DNA of 64,000 bases from Candidatus Binatia bacterium (GTDB lineage Bacteria; Desulfobacterota; Binatia; Bin18): NCBI GenBank assembly GCA_963666315.2, contig CAXXHG010000035.1, positions 11,800 through 75,799 of the forward strand. Direction: 5' to 3'. A program made the position numbers and the translations under genes. Shown piece after piece: positions 52,942 to 61,905 of this stretch. The notes beneath the pieces were generated by a model that was not told the origin of the DNA, made no database searches, and saw only the letters and a list, made by a program, of their open reading frames with translations. Position 1 is the first letter of the stretch; every line of letters starts with the position of its first letter.

Positions 52942-53063
52942 GGCCCGTAGGCTAGCAGCACTATCCTCAATTCCCGTTTGAGCAGCACTCGCCCTTTTTG
53001 CTCCTGCACTGTCTAACCGCAGGGGAGAAGTGTTACGTTCAAGACGTGCGACGGCAGACGTAT

Positions 53064-53846
53064 ATGAGTGCGGGCGGTATTGTGGTCTTGCTATGCTTTG
53101 CCGGCTGGCCGATGACGTGGTTCCTTCCCGGTGGCATGCTAGTCGTCGCTGTGCTTCACGCAGCTGACAGTACTGCGGACGCTTTGCTCGACACAGCCAA
53201 CCAACTCCGGGCAGCGGGACAAACCGATCGGGCCCGGAGCAGGTATGCCGAAGCGCGCAAGCGCTATCAGCAACACGCAGATCTACTTGGCCAGGCGCAC
53301 GTCTTGCTCGAACTGGGGAATTTAGAGCGGGCGGCTGGACAGGACAAGCGGGCGCATGAAGCGTATACGCAGGCGGAAGAGTTGTATAAACGCAGGGGCG
53401 ACCGCCGTGGCCAGGCGCACGTGCTGCTTGGCCTGGGCGATGTCGAACGTCGGCTGAAAAATGCGCAGAAGGCGCGTGGATTGTATGCCCATGCGTATAA
53501 ACTATACCAACTTGAACGCGACTCGTTCGGCCAGGCGCACGTGCTGCTTGGCATGGGGAATGTCGAGCGGAGTCTTGATCGTATTGATCAGGCGCATGAT
53601 TTTCTCTTTCGGGCGCTGACGTTGTATACCATGCAGGGCCAGAGTCTGGGCCGCGCTCAGGTGTTTTTTGCGCTCGGGCAGCTCTATTCCAGCACTGACC
53701 AGGCACTCGCCCAACGCTATTTCGAGCAAGCGGCTGAGCAGTACCGCATCGTACACATGTCTGACTGGGCACAGCGTGCAGAGCAGCGTGCGCAACGGCT
53801 GGGCGGACAGTCCAACCTGGCCTCGGAGTCCGCCGACCCAGAATGA
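53064..53846 (+). CDS. Tetratricopeptide repeat protein
   Basis: 40-aa repeats of the form GQAHVLLGLG.VER; start uncertain. Confidence 0.8.
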   Translation: MSAGGIVVLLCFAGWPMTWFLPGGMLVVAVLHAADSTADALLDTANQLRAAGQTDRARSRYAEARKRYQQHADLLGQAHVLLELGNLERAAGQDKRAHEAYTQAEELYKRRGDRRGQAHVLLGLGDVERRLKNAQKARGLYAHAYKLYQLERDSFGQAHVLLGMGNVERSLDRIDQAHDFLFRALTLYTMQGQSLGRAQVFFALGQLYSSTDQALAQRYFEQAAEQYRIVHMSDWAQRAEQRAQRLGGQSNLASESADPE

Positions 53847-53882
53847 CCTACTAAAGTGCGGGACTCGGCCCGCCAAGTGTTA

Positions 53883-54972
53883 CTACTGACTCCTGCCTCG
53901 TGCGGCGAAAGGCCGAATTGCCTCCACTCGGCTGTTCCGCAGGCAGTAGTAGGCATCGTGTATGTTTAGAGTGGTGTCGCCGTGGGAAGGAATGAGTTCG
54001 AGTGTGTCACCGGGCTGCAGCTGGACGGATGGGTCTGCGAGCCGCACGGTGCCGTGTTCTTCTGACAGGCCGAGTAGCTCCAAGTCGTCCCTATTTTTGA
54101 AACATGGCAAACCAAATTCACGCGAAATCGTCTTCACCCCAGTGTCAATGATAATACGGTCTGGAATGGGGCGACTAACCACCGTCGTCAGCAGACTCAG
54201 CGCACACGCAAACTCTACCCCTTCAATGGTTTGATAGCGGCCATCCATAAACACATATGAGCCGGCTTGAATTTCGGTAATCCGAGGGAGGGTGCTTGTT
54301 ATCATGGTCGTGCCGGTCCCGCCCGCGCTGACAATTTCAACTGAGAGGCCGTTGGATTTCACAAACTCCACGGTGTCAATTAATGCCTGCAAATCGTTGC
54401 GTACGCGCTGGACGCGTTTCTCCAGGCCGGGTACAAAAACGAGATGGCCCTCATAGCCCATGAGACCGGCGAAAGTGAGATGAGGCGCGTGGTCGACTGC
54501 TTGGGCGAGGTCTAACGCCGGCGGTCCCGGCTCGACCCCGCAGCGATGCATGCCGACGTTCACTTAGACAAGGATGCGGAGCGACGCTCCCGCAGCCTGT
54601 GCTGCCTGAGACAGCGCGCCAACATTGCGCGCATCGTCCACAGCCACAATCAAATCCGCATGGCGGGCAAGAGACACCAGGCGTTCGATTTTTCGCCTGC
54701 CGACTATCTGGTCGGCGATCAAGACATCGCGCACGCCGCCGGCGACCATGACCTCGGCTTCCCCCAGCTTGGCGCAAGTGATGCCGATGGCGCCCGCGGC
54801 AAGCTGTTTATGGGCTATAATCGGGGTCTTATGTGTCTTGGCGTGGGGGCGGAGTGCGACGTATGAGATCCGCCATGGCGGCAATGTTTTGCTCCATGAT
54901 ATCTAGGTCGAGTAGGAGCACGGGCGTGTCGACATCTTCTCGGACCATCCCGATTTGCGCGGCTGCTATCAT
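53883..54972 (-). pseudogene. DSD1/D-threonine aldolase family PLP enzyme, disrupted
   Basis: DTPVLLLD, LRPHAKTHK, GLMGYEGH and LSEEHG motifs; frameshift near 54860 and in-frame TAA at 54564. Confidence 0.85.
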
Positions 54973-55088
54973 ACGAGTTCCTTTTTGAAACCAAATGACG
55001 TGTATCGGAATTATATATACTGAAACACATGGAGATAGTGAATCATGAGGACTTGTCTCTCACGATATACGGGCCAGGAGGCTGCTGG

Positions 55089-56102
55089 ATGCCATTACAC
55101 GTCAGAGGGGGTCTAAAAAGTCCATTCTGGGCGTCGCCCGGCTACAACCAGCGTGTCCAGCGTGGCCCTGCATCGCCATATCCCAGCGGATATGGCTGCT
55201 TCGGCCGCCTCGGTCACACCGTTTTCGTGCGGGCTTTGGCCACAGAGACACTTATTAGACACCCTCTAAAACACTGGCTTGCCGCTCTACTCGCGATTGT
55301 CGGACTTTTGGCTGGCAGCGCTGCCCAAGCCGCCGAGCTGAATTATCAACACTTTGCTGCTGCTCTTGAACAGTATGTGGATGACACCGGACTCGTCTAC
55401 TACCACGGGCTGAAAGCCCACCCTCAGGAACTGCAGGCCTTTGTGACACAGCTGGATCAACTGGACCGGACCGTTTATGAACAGTGGGGCGATCAAGCAA
55501 AGATTGCTTTCTGGATCAATGTCTATAACGCGCTTACGCTCCAAGCGATTATCGATCACTACCCGATTCAATCATCTTTTTGGAAAGCTGTGCTTTATCC
55601 TAAAAACAGCATTCGGCAAATTGGCGGCGTATGGGACGAGCTACAGTTTGGCGTGATGGGCAAGCAGATGACGCTGGATGATATTGAACATGCAGTCTTG
55701 CGTACAGAATTTAATGAGCCGCGCATTCATATTGCGCTTGTGTGCGCGGCCATAGGCTGCCCACCGCTGCGCAACGAACCCTATAGCGGAGAACGACTCG
55801 ATGCGCAGCTCAACGATCAGGCCCGCAAGTTTCTCAACAATCCGCTCAAGTTTCACCTTGATACACAGACCACCGCCGTCGGGCTGTCTCCGATATTCAA
55901 ATGGTTTGGCGCTGATTTTGTGAAAACATACGGGACGGACAAGAAGTTTAGAGGCCGGAGTGACCCGGAGCGGGCGGTCCTCAATTTTATCAGTACTTAT
56001 CTCGACGACGGCGACCTGCGCTATCTCGCAACCGGCGCGTACAGTATCGATTATCTCGACTATGATTGGTCCTTGAATGAACGTACGTCTGGGTTGAGCT
56101 GA
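55089..56102 (+). CDS. DUF547 domain exported protein with an in-frame element insertion
   Basis: AFWINVYNA, EPRIH.ALVCAA.GCP.L and YDWSLN motifs; AGGAGG before ATG 55089. Confidence 0.85.
   Translation: MPLHVRGGLKSPFWASPGYNQRVQRGPASPYPSGYGCFGRLGHTVFVRALATETLIRHPLKHWLAALLAIVGLLAGSAAQAAELNYQHFAAALEQYVDDTGLVYYHGLKAHPQELQAFVTQLDQLDRTVYEQWGDQAKIAFWINVYNALTLQAIIDHYPIQSSFWKAVLYPKNSIRQIGGVWDELQFGVMGKQMTLDDIEHAVLRTEFNEPRIHIALVCAAIGCPPLRNEPYSGERLDAQLNDQARKFLNNPLKFHLDTQTTAVGLSPIFKWFGADFVKTYGTDKKFRGRSDPERAVLNFISTYLDDGDLRYLATGAYSIDYLDYDWSLNERTSGLS
55105..55266. mobile_element. MITE/palindromic element inside the DUF547 gene
   Basis: TIRs GAGGGGGTCTAAAAAGT / ACTTATTAGACACCCTC, flanks TCA/TAA, internal hairpin GCCATATCC..GGATATGGC. 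Confidence 0.75.
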
Positions 56103-56175
56103 AAAACGATTGACATCAAGTATGCAGTCGTGAGGGAAGATCCACGCCCTCCTAGCAGCGGACTAAGCCCGGTGG

Positions 56176-56205
56176 TGTCAGGTTACGCTCCGCTAACCTG
56201 ACCTA
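56176..56205 (-). repeat. GTAG-type REP-like palindrome
   Basis: TGTCAGGTTACGCTCCGCTAACCTGACCTA, a compensatory variant of the 7443 copy. Confidence 0.7.
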
Positions 56206-56369
56206 AGGTTGCTGCAAAATTATTGTGTCGTTTATCCTTAGACATACTCCTCTGCCCACCACCGTATTTCGTAGCCGCCACCACATATCGTAGGGACGCA
56301 GTTCTGGTGCGGAAGAAAACAGTCTGTGATTCTTGTATATCCTTGTCAGCATAGGACTTTCCCGATCGG

Positions 56370-56641
56370 TGATGAGAGCGCTGGTCACGGTCAACTGTGC
56401 TGCCCTCCCGGCAGGCCTGATTGAAAGTGAACTGTTCGGCCACGAGAAGGGTGCATTTACCGGAGCGGTGAACAGCAAGATTGGGCGCTTTGAACTCGCT
56501 CATGGCGGAACGATCTTTCTGGATGAGATTGGAGAGCTTCCGCACGAGCTTCAACCCAAGCTCCTACGTATTCTCCAGGAACAGGAATTTGAGCGGGTCG
56601 GGGGATCCCAAGCCATTCGAGTGGACGCCCGTGTCATTGCT
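56370..56641 (+). pseudogene. Internal fragment of a sigma54-dependent activator AAA+ domain
   Basis: [24 protein letters not shown] and [11 protein letters not shown] motifs. Confidence 0.85.
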
Positions 56642-56644
56642 AGA

Positions 56645-56752
56645 GGTCGGGCCGAAACTGTCCCGCTTGGGTTGCCGTCTGCCAGACCGGGATAAAAGTA
56701 CGGCACTAATGAGTACGTTGGTATCGAGAACCACTCGTGATTCACTCGTCAT
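56645..56752 (-). pseudogene. PIN-domain toxin 5' stub
   Basis: RVVLDTNVLISAVL motif. Confidence 0.7.
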
Positions 56753-56983
56753 TCACTCGTCATGCCGCAAGGTCTCCAAGACCTCCGGGGTCGTGCCACG
56801 CGCCTCTACTTGCTTCCCAATGTCATCCATCACAGCTTTCAGCGGTCTATGTGAGCTGAGAGTAAGGTCTTGGAGACGAAGACGGAGGAGGAGCTCCATC
56901 ATACACTGTTCCTCCGTGGATGCCGCCGCATATGCTTTCGCGGTTTCTTCATCGACTGAGATTGAGATTGTTGCAGTGGTCAT
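56753..56983 (-). CDS. Putative antitoxin
   Basis: 76 aa with AGGAG RBS, directly upstream of the PIN stub; ends ARGTTPEVLETL. Confidence 0.65.
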   Translation of the reverse strand: MTTATISISVDEETAKAYAAASTEEQCMMELLLRLRLQDLTLSSHRPLKAVMDDIGKQVEARGTTPEVLETLRHDE

Positions 56984-57097
56984 GGCAATTGTCTCCTAAC
57001 GACTAAGGGCAGAGAGAATATGATCGTTGACAACCCGTATCTTCTACAGACGTCTTCCCATCTCTTAACCATACTTTCCAGGGGAACTATGATCTTG

Positions 57098-58468
57098 TCA
57101 ATCTTTGAGTTCTGTAGATGAGGATGGAAGCGAAGTGTTACCCACCGGGCCAAATTGTCTGACACCGAGACAAACCTGCTCCGCCGCAAAGAACCGCCGC
57201 AAAATCCGGACCAGATTGAACGCGTCCGCAGTGCCGGCCACTTCTCGGATGGAATGCATGGCCCATTGGGGTACACCCACGTCCAAAGTCCGCACACCGA
57301 TTTCAGCCGCGGTGAGTGGCCCGATAGTGCTGCCGCAAGCCATGTCGCTGCGCACGACAAATGATTGTACTGGTGCGTCTGCATCTGCTGCCAGCTTGCG
57401 AAAGATAGCGCAGGTTTCGCTGTTGCTTGCGTAGCGCTGATTGGCGTTGAGTTTGATGACGACGCCGTGGTTAAGAAGTGGTCCGTGGTTGTCATCGTGC
57501 CGGTCGGAGAAATTCGGGTGTACGCCGTGGGCATTATCCGTCGAGATCAGCATGGAGCGAGATATGGTGCGGCCGCGTTCTTCCGAATCGGGCAATACGC
57601 GCTCCAGCATCTGTTTCAGCATGGGGCCGCTTGCTCCGGAAGCCGACGTACTGCCGACTTCTTCATGATCGTTACACACGAGTAACGTGCCCTGGTCAGT
57701 ATCAGTCTCCAACAATGCCTGCAGGCCAATAAAGCAGCTCAGTAAGTTGTCCAGCCGTGCCGCGGCGATAAATTCGTTAGCGAGTCCGACGAGACTCGGA
57801 CGCTGAGTGGCATAGAAAAAGAGTTCATAGTCCAGCACCTGACCGACATCGGACACACCGTCCGTCTCAAGCCGTTGAGACAACAGCGCTTTGAAGTCCA
57901 GCTTGTCATCTTTCTTGTCGGTTTGTCCTAAAATTGGCGGGAGATAGGTCTGGGCGTTGATCGAACGGCTCTTGTTGGCCTCTCGGTCGAGGTGAATGGC
58001 TAGGCTGGGAATGATGGCCACGGCCTGACAGAAATCGATCAGCCCATGCCTGATATCGCCACCCTGATTCAGATAACTGACGCGTCCGGCGATTGACAAA
58101 TCGCGATCAAACCAGGGGTTGAGCAAGACCCCGCCGTACACTTCAACACCCAGTTGCACATATCCGTGTCGATGCAATTCGGGCTGTGGTTTGACCTTCA
58201 GACATGGTGAGTCGGTATGGGCGCCGGCCATGCGAAAACCACTCTCGGCCAGCACGCTCCGGGTCGGCATGGTCCAGGCAATAATAGATGAGTCGTTGCG
58301 GGTGATAAAATAGCGTCCGCCCGGCACTATCTGCCACGCATCGGCTTCGTGTAAGCGTTCAAACCCGGCGTCCGACAGCCGGACCGCCATCTGATCGACG
58401 GCATGAAAAGGGGTGGGGGATGAGGCTAAGAAATCGATCAGCTTTTGGTTGAATTGGTGTTGATCCAT
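57098..58468 (-). CDS. apeB: M18 family aminopeptidase
   Basis: [33 protein letters not shown] and MHSIRE motifs. Confidence 0.92.
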   Translation of the reverse strand: MDQHQFNQKLIDFLASSPTPFHAVDQMAVRLSDAGFERLHEADAWQIVPGGRYFITRNDSSIIAWTMPTRSVLAESGFRMAGAHTDSPCLKVKPQPELHRHGYVQLGVEVYGGVLLNPWFDRDLSIAGRVSYLNQGGDIRHGLIDFCQAVAIIPSLAIHLDREANKSRSINAQTYLPPILGQTDKKDDKLDFKALLSQRLETDGVSDVGQVLDYELFFYATQRPSLVGLANEFIAAARLDNLLSCFIGLQALLETDTDQGTLLVCNDHEEVGSTSASGASGPMLKQMLERVLPDSEERGRTISRSMLISTDNAHGVHPNFSDRHDDNHGPLLNHGVVIKLNANQRYASNSETCAIFRKLAADADAPVQSFVVRSDMACGSTIGPLTAAEIGVRTLDVGVPQWAMHSIREVAGTADAFNLVRILRRFFAAEQVCLGVRQFGPVGNTSLPSSSTELKD

Positions 58469-58584
58469 CGCTACTCCCATATGTGTACTGTCTCCCCATA
58501 CCATGAAAGTAGGCGGCGCCCAATTCGATGAATTGATACAAGTGGGAATCCTTACGAGGAGAGGCTGGCATGGTAGCAAAGGAG

Positions 58585-58810
58585 CCCTGGACTCCGCTTC
58601 GCTGTCTCCAGGCTACATGACTAGGGAAAATTGCGTAGGTCGGGCTCGCGTAGCGTAACCCGACCCGACACTATATAGCCGAACTCAACCAGACTCCGCC
58701 GTGGGATGAAGTCCCCCGGCTACCTAACAGCGCCCCATGAATGGGACTTAAAGCCGGCTTTAGCCGGCGCCGTTACGTAGGCCGGACATTTATGTCCGGA
58801 CGGAGCTGAA
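58585..58810. repeat. Cluster of REP-like palindromes
   Basis: CCCTGGA..TCCAGGCTAC, GTAGGTCGGG..CCCGAC, GCCGGCTTTAGCCGGC and CCGGACATTTATGTCCGG. Confidence 0.65.
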
Positions 58811-58832
58811 CCGCATGATCAATTTGTATTCG

Positions 58833-58880
58833 TCTTAATGAAACGTTCTTCCTTCTTCCGCCAGTTTCTTGAGCAGTGGC
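58833..58880. repeat. 48-bp direct repeat of the 3' end of the FadB-like gene
   Basis: Matches 59668-59715 with 3 mismatches. Confidence 0.85.
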
Positions 58881-58980
58881 TTAGAGCCACTAACAAAACT
58901 CCACCTTGTGTTCTCCCTTTCAGAGCCCCCGTCCGAGAGTACTCCTTGACTAGCAGACTATATATGGTCAGGATAAGACT

Positions 58981-59238
58981 ATGCAGCAAGCAATGGTTTC
59001 GGAACTGAAAGCCAAACTCAGCAATTACTTGGCGGCCGTGCGTAAGGGAGAGACTGTGATCGTTTGTGATCGCAAAACACCCATCGCACGCCTCATCCCG
59101 TACGAAGCGGAACCAGACGCGCTTGGAATCGAAGAACCGTCAATCCCAGGTAGTGCGCTGCTGCGACGCAGACCCGTCCGTCTCCGCAAGCAGGTTGACG
59201 TGGTCAAGCTACTTCAAGAGGATCGTGATCGCCGTTGA
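58981..59238 (+). CDS. Phd/YefM family antitoxin
   Basis: VSELKAKLSNYLAAVRKGETVIVCDRKTPIARLIP. Confidence 0.9.
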   Translation: MQQAMVSELKAKLSNYLAAVRKGETVIVCDRKTPIARLIPYEAEPDALGIEEPSIPGSALLRRRPVRLRKQVDVVKLLQEDRDRR

Positions 59239-59651
59239 TCGTCTATTTGGATACCAGTGTTGTGCTTCGAGTCCTTTTCGGGCAGACGGAACGCTTGAGT
59301 GGATGGGGAAGGTGGCAGCGTGCCTACTCCAGCGAGCTTCTGGGTGTGGAGGCGCGCCGAGTTATTGACCGGCTTCGACTCGAGTCTGCCCTGGATGACG
59401 AGGGGGTGGCGCAGGCGCAGGAAGCCCTGGCCGGGATCGAACAGGGTATTGGATCCATCCGGATGGCGCGGATTGTCCTACGGCGTGCTTCCCTACCCAT
59501 GGCCACTGTGGTGAAAACCCTTGACGCTATTCACCTGGCCAGCGCGTTACTTTTTCAGGAGCGTCGCAGTCAAGCCGTTATTTTTGCTACGCACGACCGA
59601 CAACAGGCTATTGGCGCTCGGGCGTTAGGTTTCACGGTCATAGGTGTTTAA
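59235..59651 (+). CDS. vapC: VapC/PIN toxin
   Basis: YLDTSV, TLDAIHLASA and ATHD motifs; 4-nt overlap with the antitoxin. Confidence 0.9.
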   Translation: MIVYLDTSVVLRVLFGQTERLSGWGRWQRAYSSELLGVEARRVIDRLRLESALDDEGVAQAQEALAGIEQGIGSIRMARIVLRRASLPMATVVKTLDAIHLASALLFQERRSQAVIFATHDRQQAIGARALGFTVIGV

Positions 59652-59669
59652 ATGCTCCCGGCTCTAATC

Positions 59670-61760
59670 TTAATGAAACGTTCCGCCTTCTTCCGCCAGT
59701 TTCTTGAGCAGCGGCGCAGGCTGCCAGGACGCCGGGTCCTGTTCGGCTAAGAGGCAGACTCTCTCATAGACTTTCTTGAGACCGACGGTACCAGCATAAA
59801 ACATGGGACCACCAAGATAGGCGGGAAAGCCGTAGCCATAGACGTAAATGACATCGATGTCACTGGCGCGCTGGGCAATCCCTTCTTCCAGGATCTTGGC
59901 CCCCTCGTTAATAAGCGCGTACATCAAACGCTCGATAATTTCCTCAGGACTGATGGCGCGACGTTGGATGCCTTTCTCTTTGGAATAATTGATGATCAAT
60001 GCCTCAATTGCGGGATCGGGATGGGGCGTGCGATCGCCTGTCTCATATCTGTAATAGCCAGCGCCGGTTTTTTGGCCGTAGCGTCCTAGCTCGCAAATAC
60101 GATCGGCAATAGCACTATACCGCGCACCTTCGGGCAGACTGCCTGGCTGCCCCTTACCTTGTCGAATGCGCCAACCCACGTCGAGTCCGGCCAGGTCGCC
60201 CATGGCCATGGGGCCCATGGCGAGGCCTAGCTCGTATACCGCGCTATCAACATCCTGCGGCAAGCAGCCTTCCTCAAGCAGGTACTGGGCTTGGGCACCG
60301 TATTGATGCAGCATGCGGTTGCCGACAAAGCCGTCACACACGCCGACGACAACGCCGACTTTCTGGATGGCTTTGGCCACGGCTTGGGTCGTCACCAGCG
60401 TTTCGAAGCTCGTCTTCGCGCCGCGCACGATTTCGAGCAAGCGCATGACGTTTGCCGGGCTGAAGAAGTGCGTACCAATGACCTTGTCGGGACGCTTAGT
60501 GACAGAGGCAATTTCGTCAACGTCGAGTGTGGACGTATTCGTCGCCAGAATGCATTCGGGCTTCGCAGCCACATCCAGCATGGCGAACACTTCCTTTTTA
60601 ATGTCCATGTTCTCGAATACGGCCTCGACGATAAGGTCGACATCGCCGAGACCGGCATAGTCCAGTGTCGGCGTGAGGAGACCCATCCGTTGTTCGACTT
60701 GTTCCGCAGTGAATCGACCTCTCCTGGCGCTGCGTTCATAGTTGCCGCGCACGACGGCTACGCCCTTATCCAGAAACTCCTGGCTGGTTTCGAGGATGGT
60801 TACAGGGATCCCGGCATTCACGAAGTTCATAGCAATGCCACCACCCATAGTCCCCGCACCTATAATCCCGACTTTCTTGATGCCGAGGGTCTTGGTGCCT
60901 TTGGGCATGTCGTTCACTTTTGCTGCGGCCCGTTCAGCGAAGAAAATGTGGAGTTGGGCGGACGATTGATTGCTGCTCAGCACTTGTTTGAATAATTCCT
61001 GCTCCTTGGCTAGACCTTCGTCAAACGGCAAGGTGCAAGCGGCTTCAATACAATCAATGCAACGCTGCGGTGCTTCGAATCCACGCCGCGTTTTATTGGC
61101 TTGTTTACGGGCGGCATCAAAGATAGCGAGGTCTACACCCGTCACCTTGTCATTCAGGTCGCGTACTTTATTGAGCTTTGCACCTTCGGCAACGAGTTCA
61201 CGAGCAAAGGCTTTTGCACCTTCGAGGAGATTGCCTTCGTCTATGATCTCGTCTATCACACCCACGGCATGAGCCTGACTCGCTTTCATCGGCGTTCCTG
61301 AGGTAATGGCCTCAAGTGCAGCCTCAGGACCAATCAGACGCGGCAAACGTTGTGTGCCACCGCCGCCCGGTAAGAGTCCGAGAGTGACTTCGGGCAGCCC
61401 AACTCGGGCGGAGGGGACTGCGACACGATAGTGGCAGCACAGCGCGGTTTCGAGTCCGCCGCCCAGGGCGGTGCCGTGAATGGCGGCAACAGCGGGCTTG
61501 GACAGGCTCTCGATAATCTCCATAGTTTCGAGAAAATGCGGTGGCTGAAGCGGTTTGCCAAATTCAGTGATATCCGCACCTGCAATAAAGGTTCGGCCAT
61601 CGCAGATGAGGACAGTGGCGATGGTGGCGTCGTTGTGGGCTTCGGTAAAGCTCTCGAGCAAGCCTTGGCGCACGTGCTGAGTGAGCGCGTTCACGGGTGG
61701 ATTGTTGACGGTGATGATACCGATATCGCCGTCTTTGGTGTAGGTGACTGAATGACTCAT
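59670..61760 (-). CDS. Bifunctional enoyl-CoA hydratase/3-hydroxyacyl-CoA dehydrogenase
   Basis: FIAGADI, GGGLE, GAGTMGGGIA, HFFSPA and GFVGNR motifs. Confidence 0.93.
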   Translation of the reverse strand: MSHSVTYTKDGDIGIITVNNPPVNALTQHVRQGLLESFTEAHNDATIATVLICDGRTFIAGADITEFGKPLQPPHFLETMEIIESLSKPAVAAIHGTALGGGLETALCCHYRVAVPSARVGLPEVTLGLLPGGGGTQRLPRLIGPEAALEAITSGTPMKASQAHAVGVIDEIIDEGNLLEGAKAFARELVAEGAKLNKVRDLNDKVTGVDLAIFDAARKQANKTRRGFEAPQRCIDCIEAACTLPFDEGLAKEQELFKQVLSSNQSSAQLHIFFAERAAAKVNDMPKGTKTLGIKKVGIIGAGTMGGGIAMNFVNAGIPVTILETSQEFLDKGVAVVRGNYERSARRGRFTAEQVEQRMGLLTPTLDYAGLGDVDLIVEAVFENMDIKKEVFAMLDVAAKPECILATNTSTLDVDEIASVTKRPDKVIGTHFFSPANVMRLLEIVRGAKTSFETLVTTQAVAKAIQKVGVVVGVCDGFVGNRMLHQYGAQAQYLLEEGCLPQDVDSAVYELGLAMGPMAMGDLAGLDVGWRIRQGKGQPGSLPEGARYSAIADRICELGRYGQKTGAGYYRYETGDRTPHPDPAIEALIINYSKEKGIQRRAISPEEIIERLMYALINEGAKILEEGIAQRASDIDVIYVYGYGFPAYLGGPMFYAGTVGLKKVYERVCLLAEQDPASWQPAPLLKKLAEEGGTFH

Positions 61761-61905
61761 AAAACAAACCGTCCTTTATTTCTGTTTCTCTCTTCCGCAG
61801 GGGAGAGAGTTCCTCTTAGATGAATAAACTAACGTCGCGTGGTTCCCTGTGTCGATCCCCCAAACTCGCGTTCTCATAGATTGGGCGGGAACTACAGTCC
61901 GGACT

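Noticed and set aside
55029-55088. Upstream start for the DUF547 gene
   Set aside because: The AGGAGG and the reconstructed signal peptide favour ATG 55089.
56203-56330. Possible further MITE starting TAA-GGTTGCTGCAAAA
   Set aside because: No matching second terminus was found, so it cannot be delimited.
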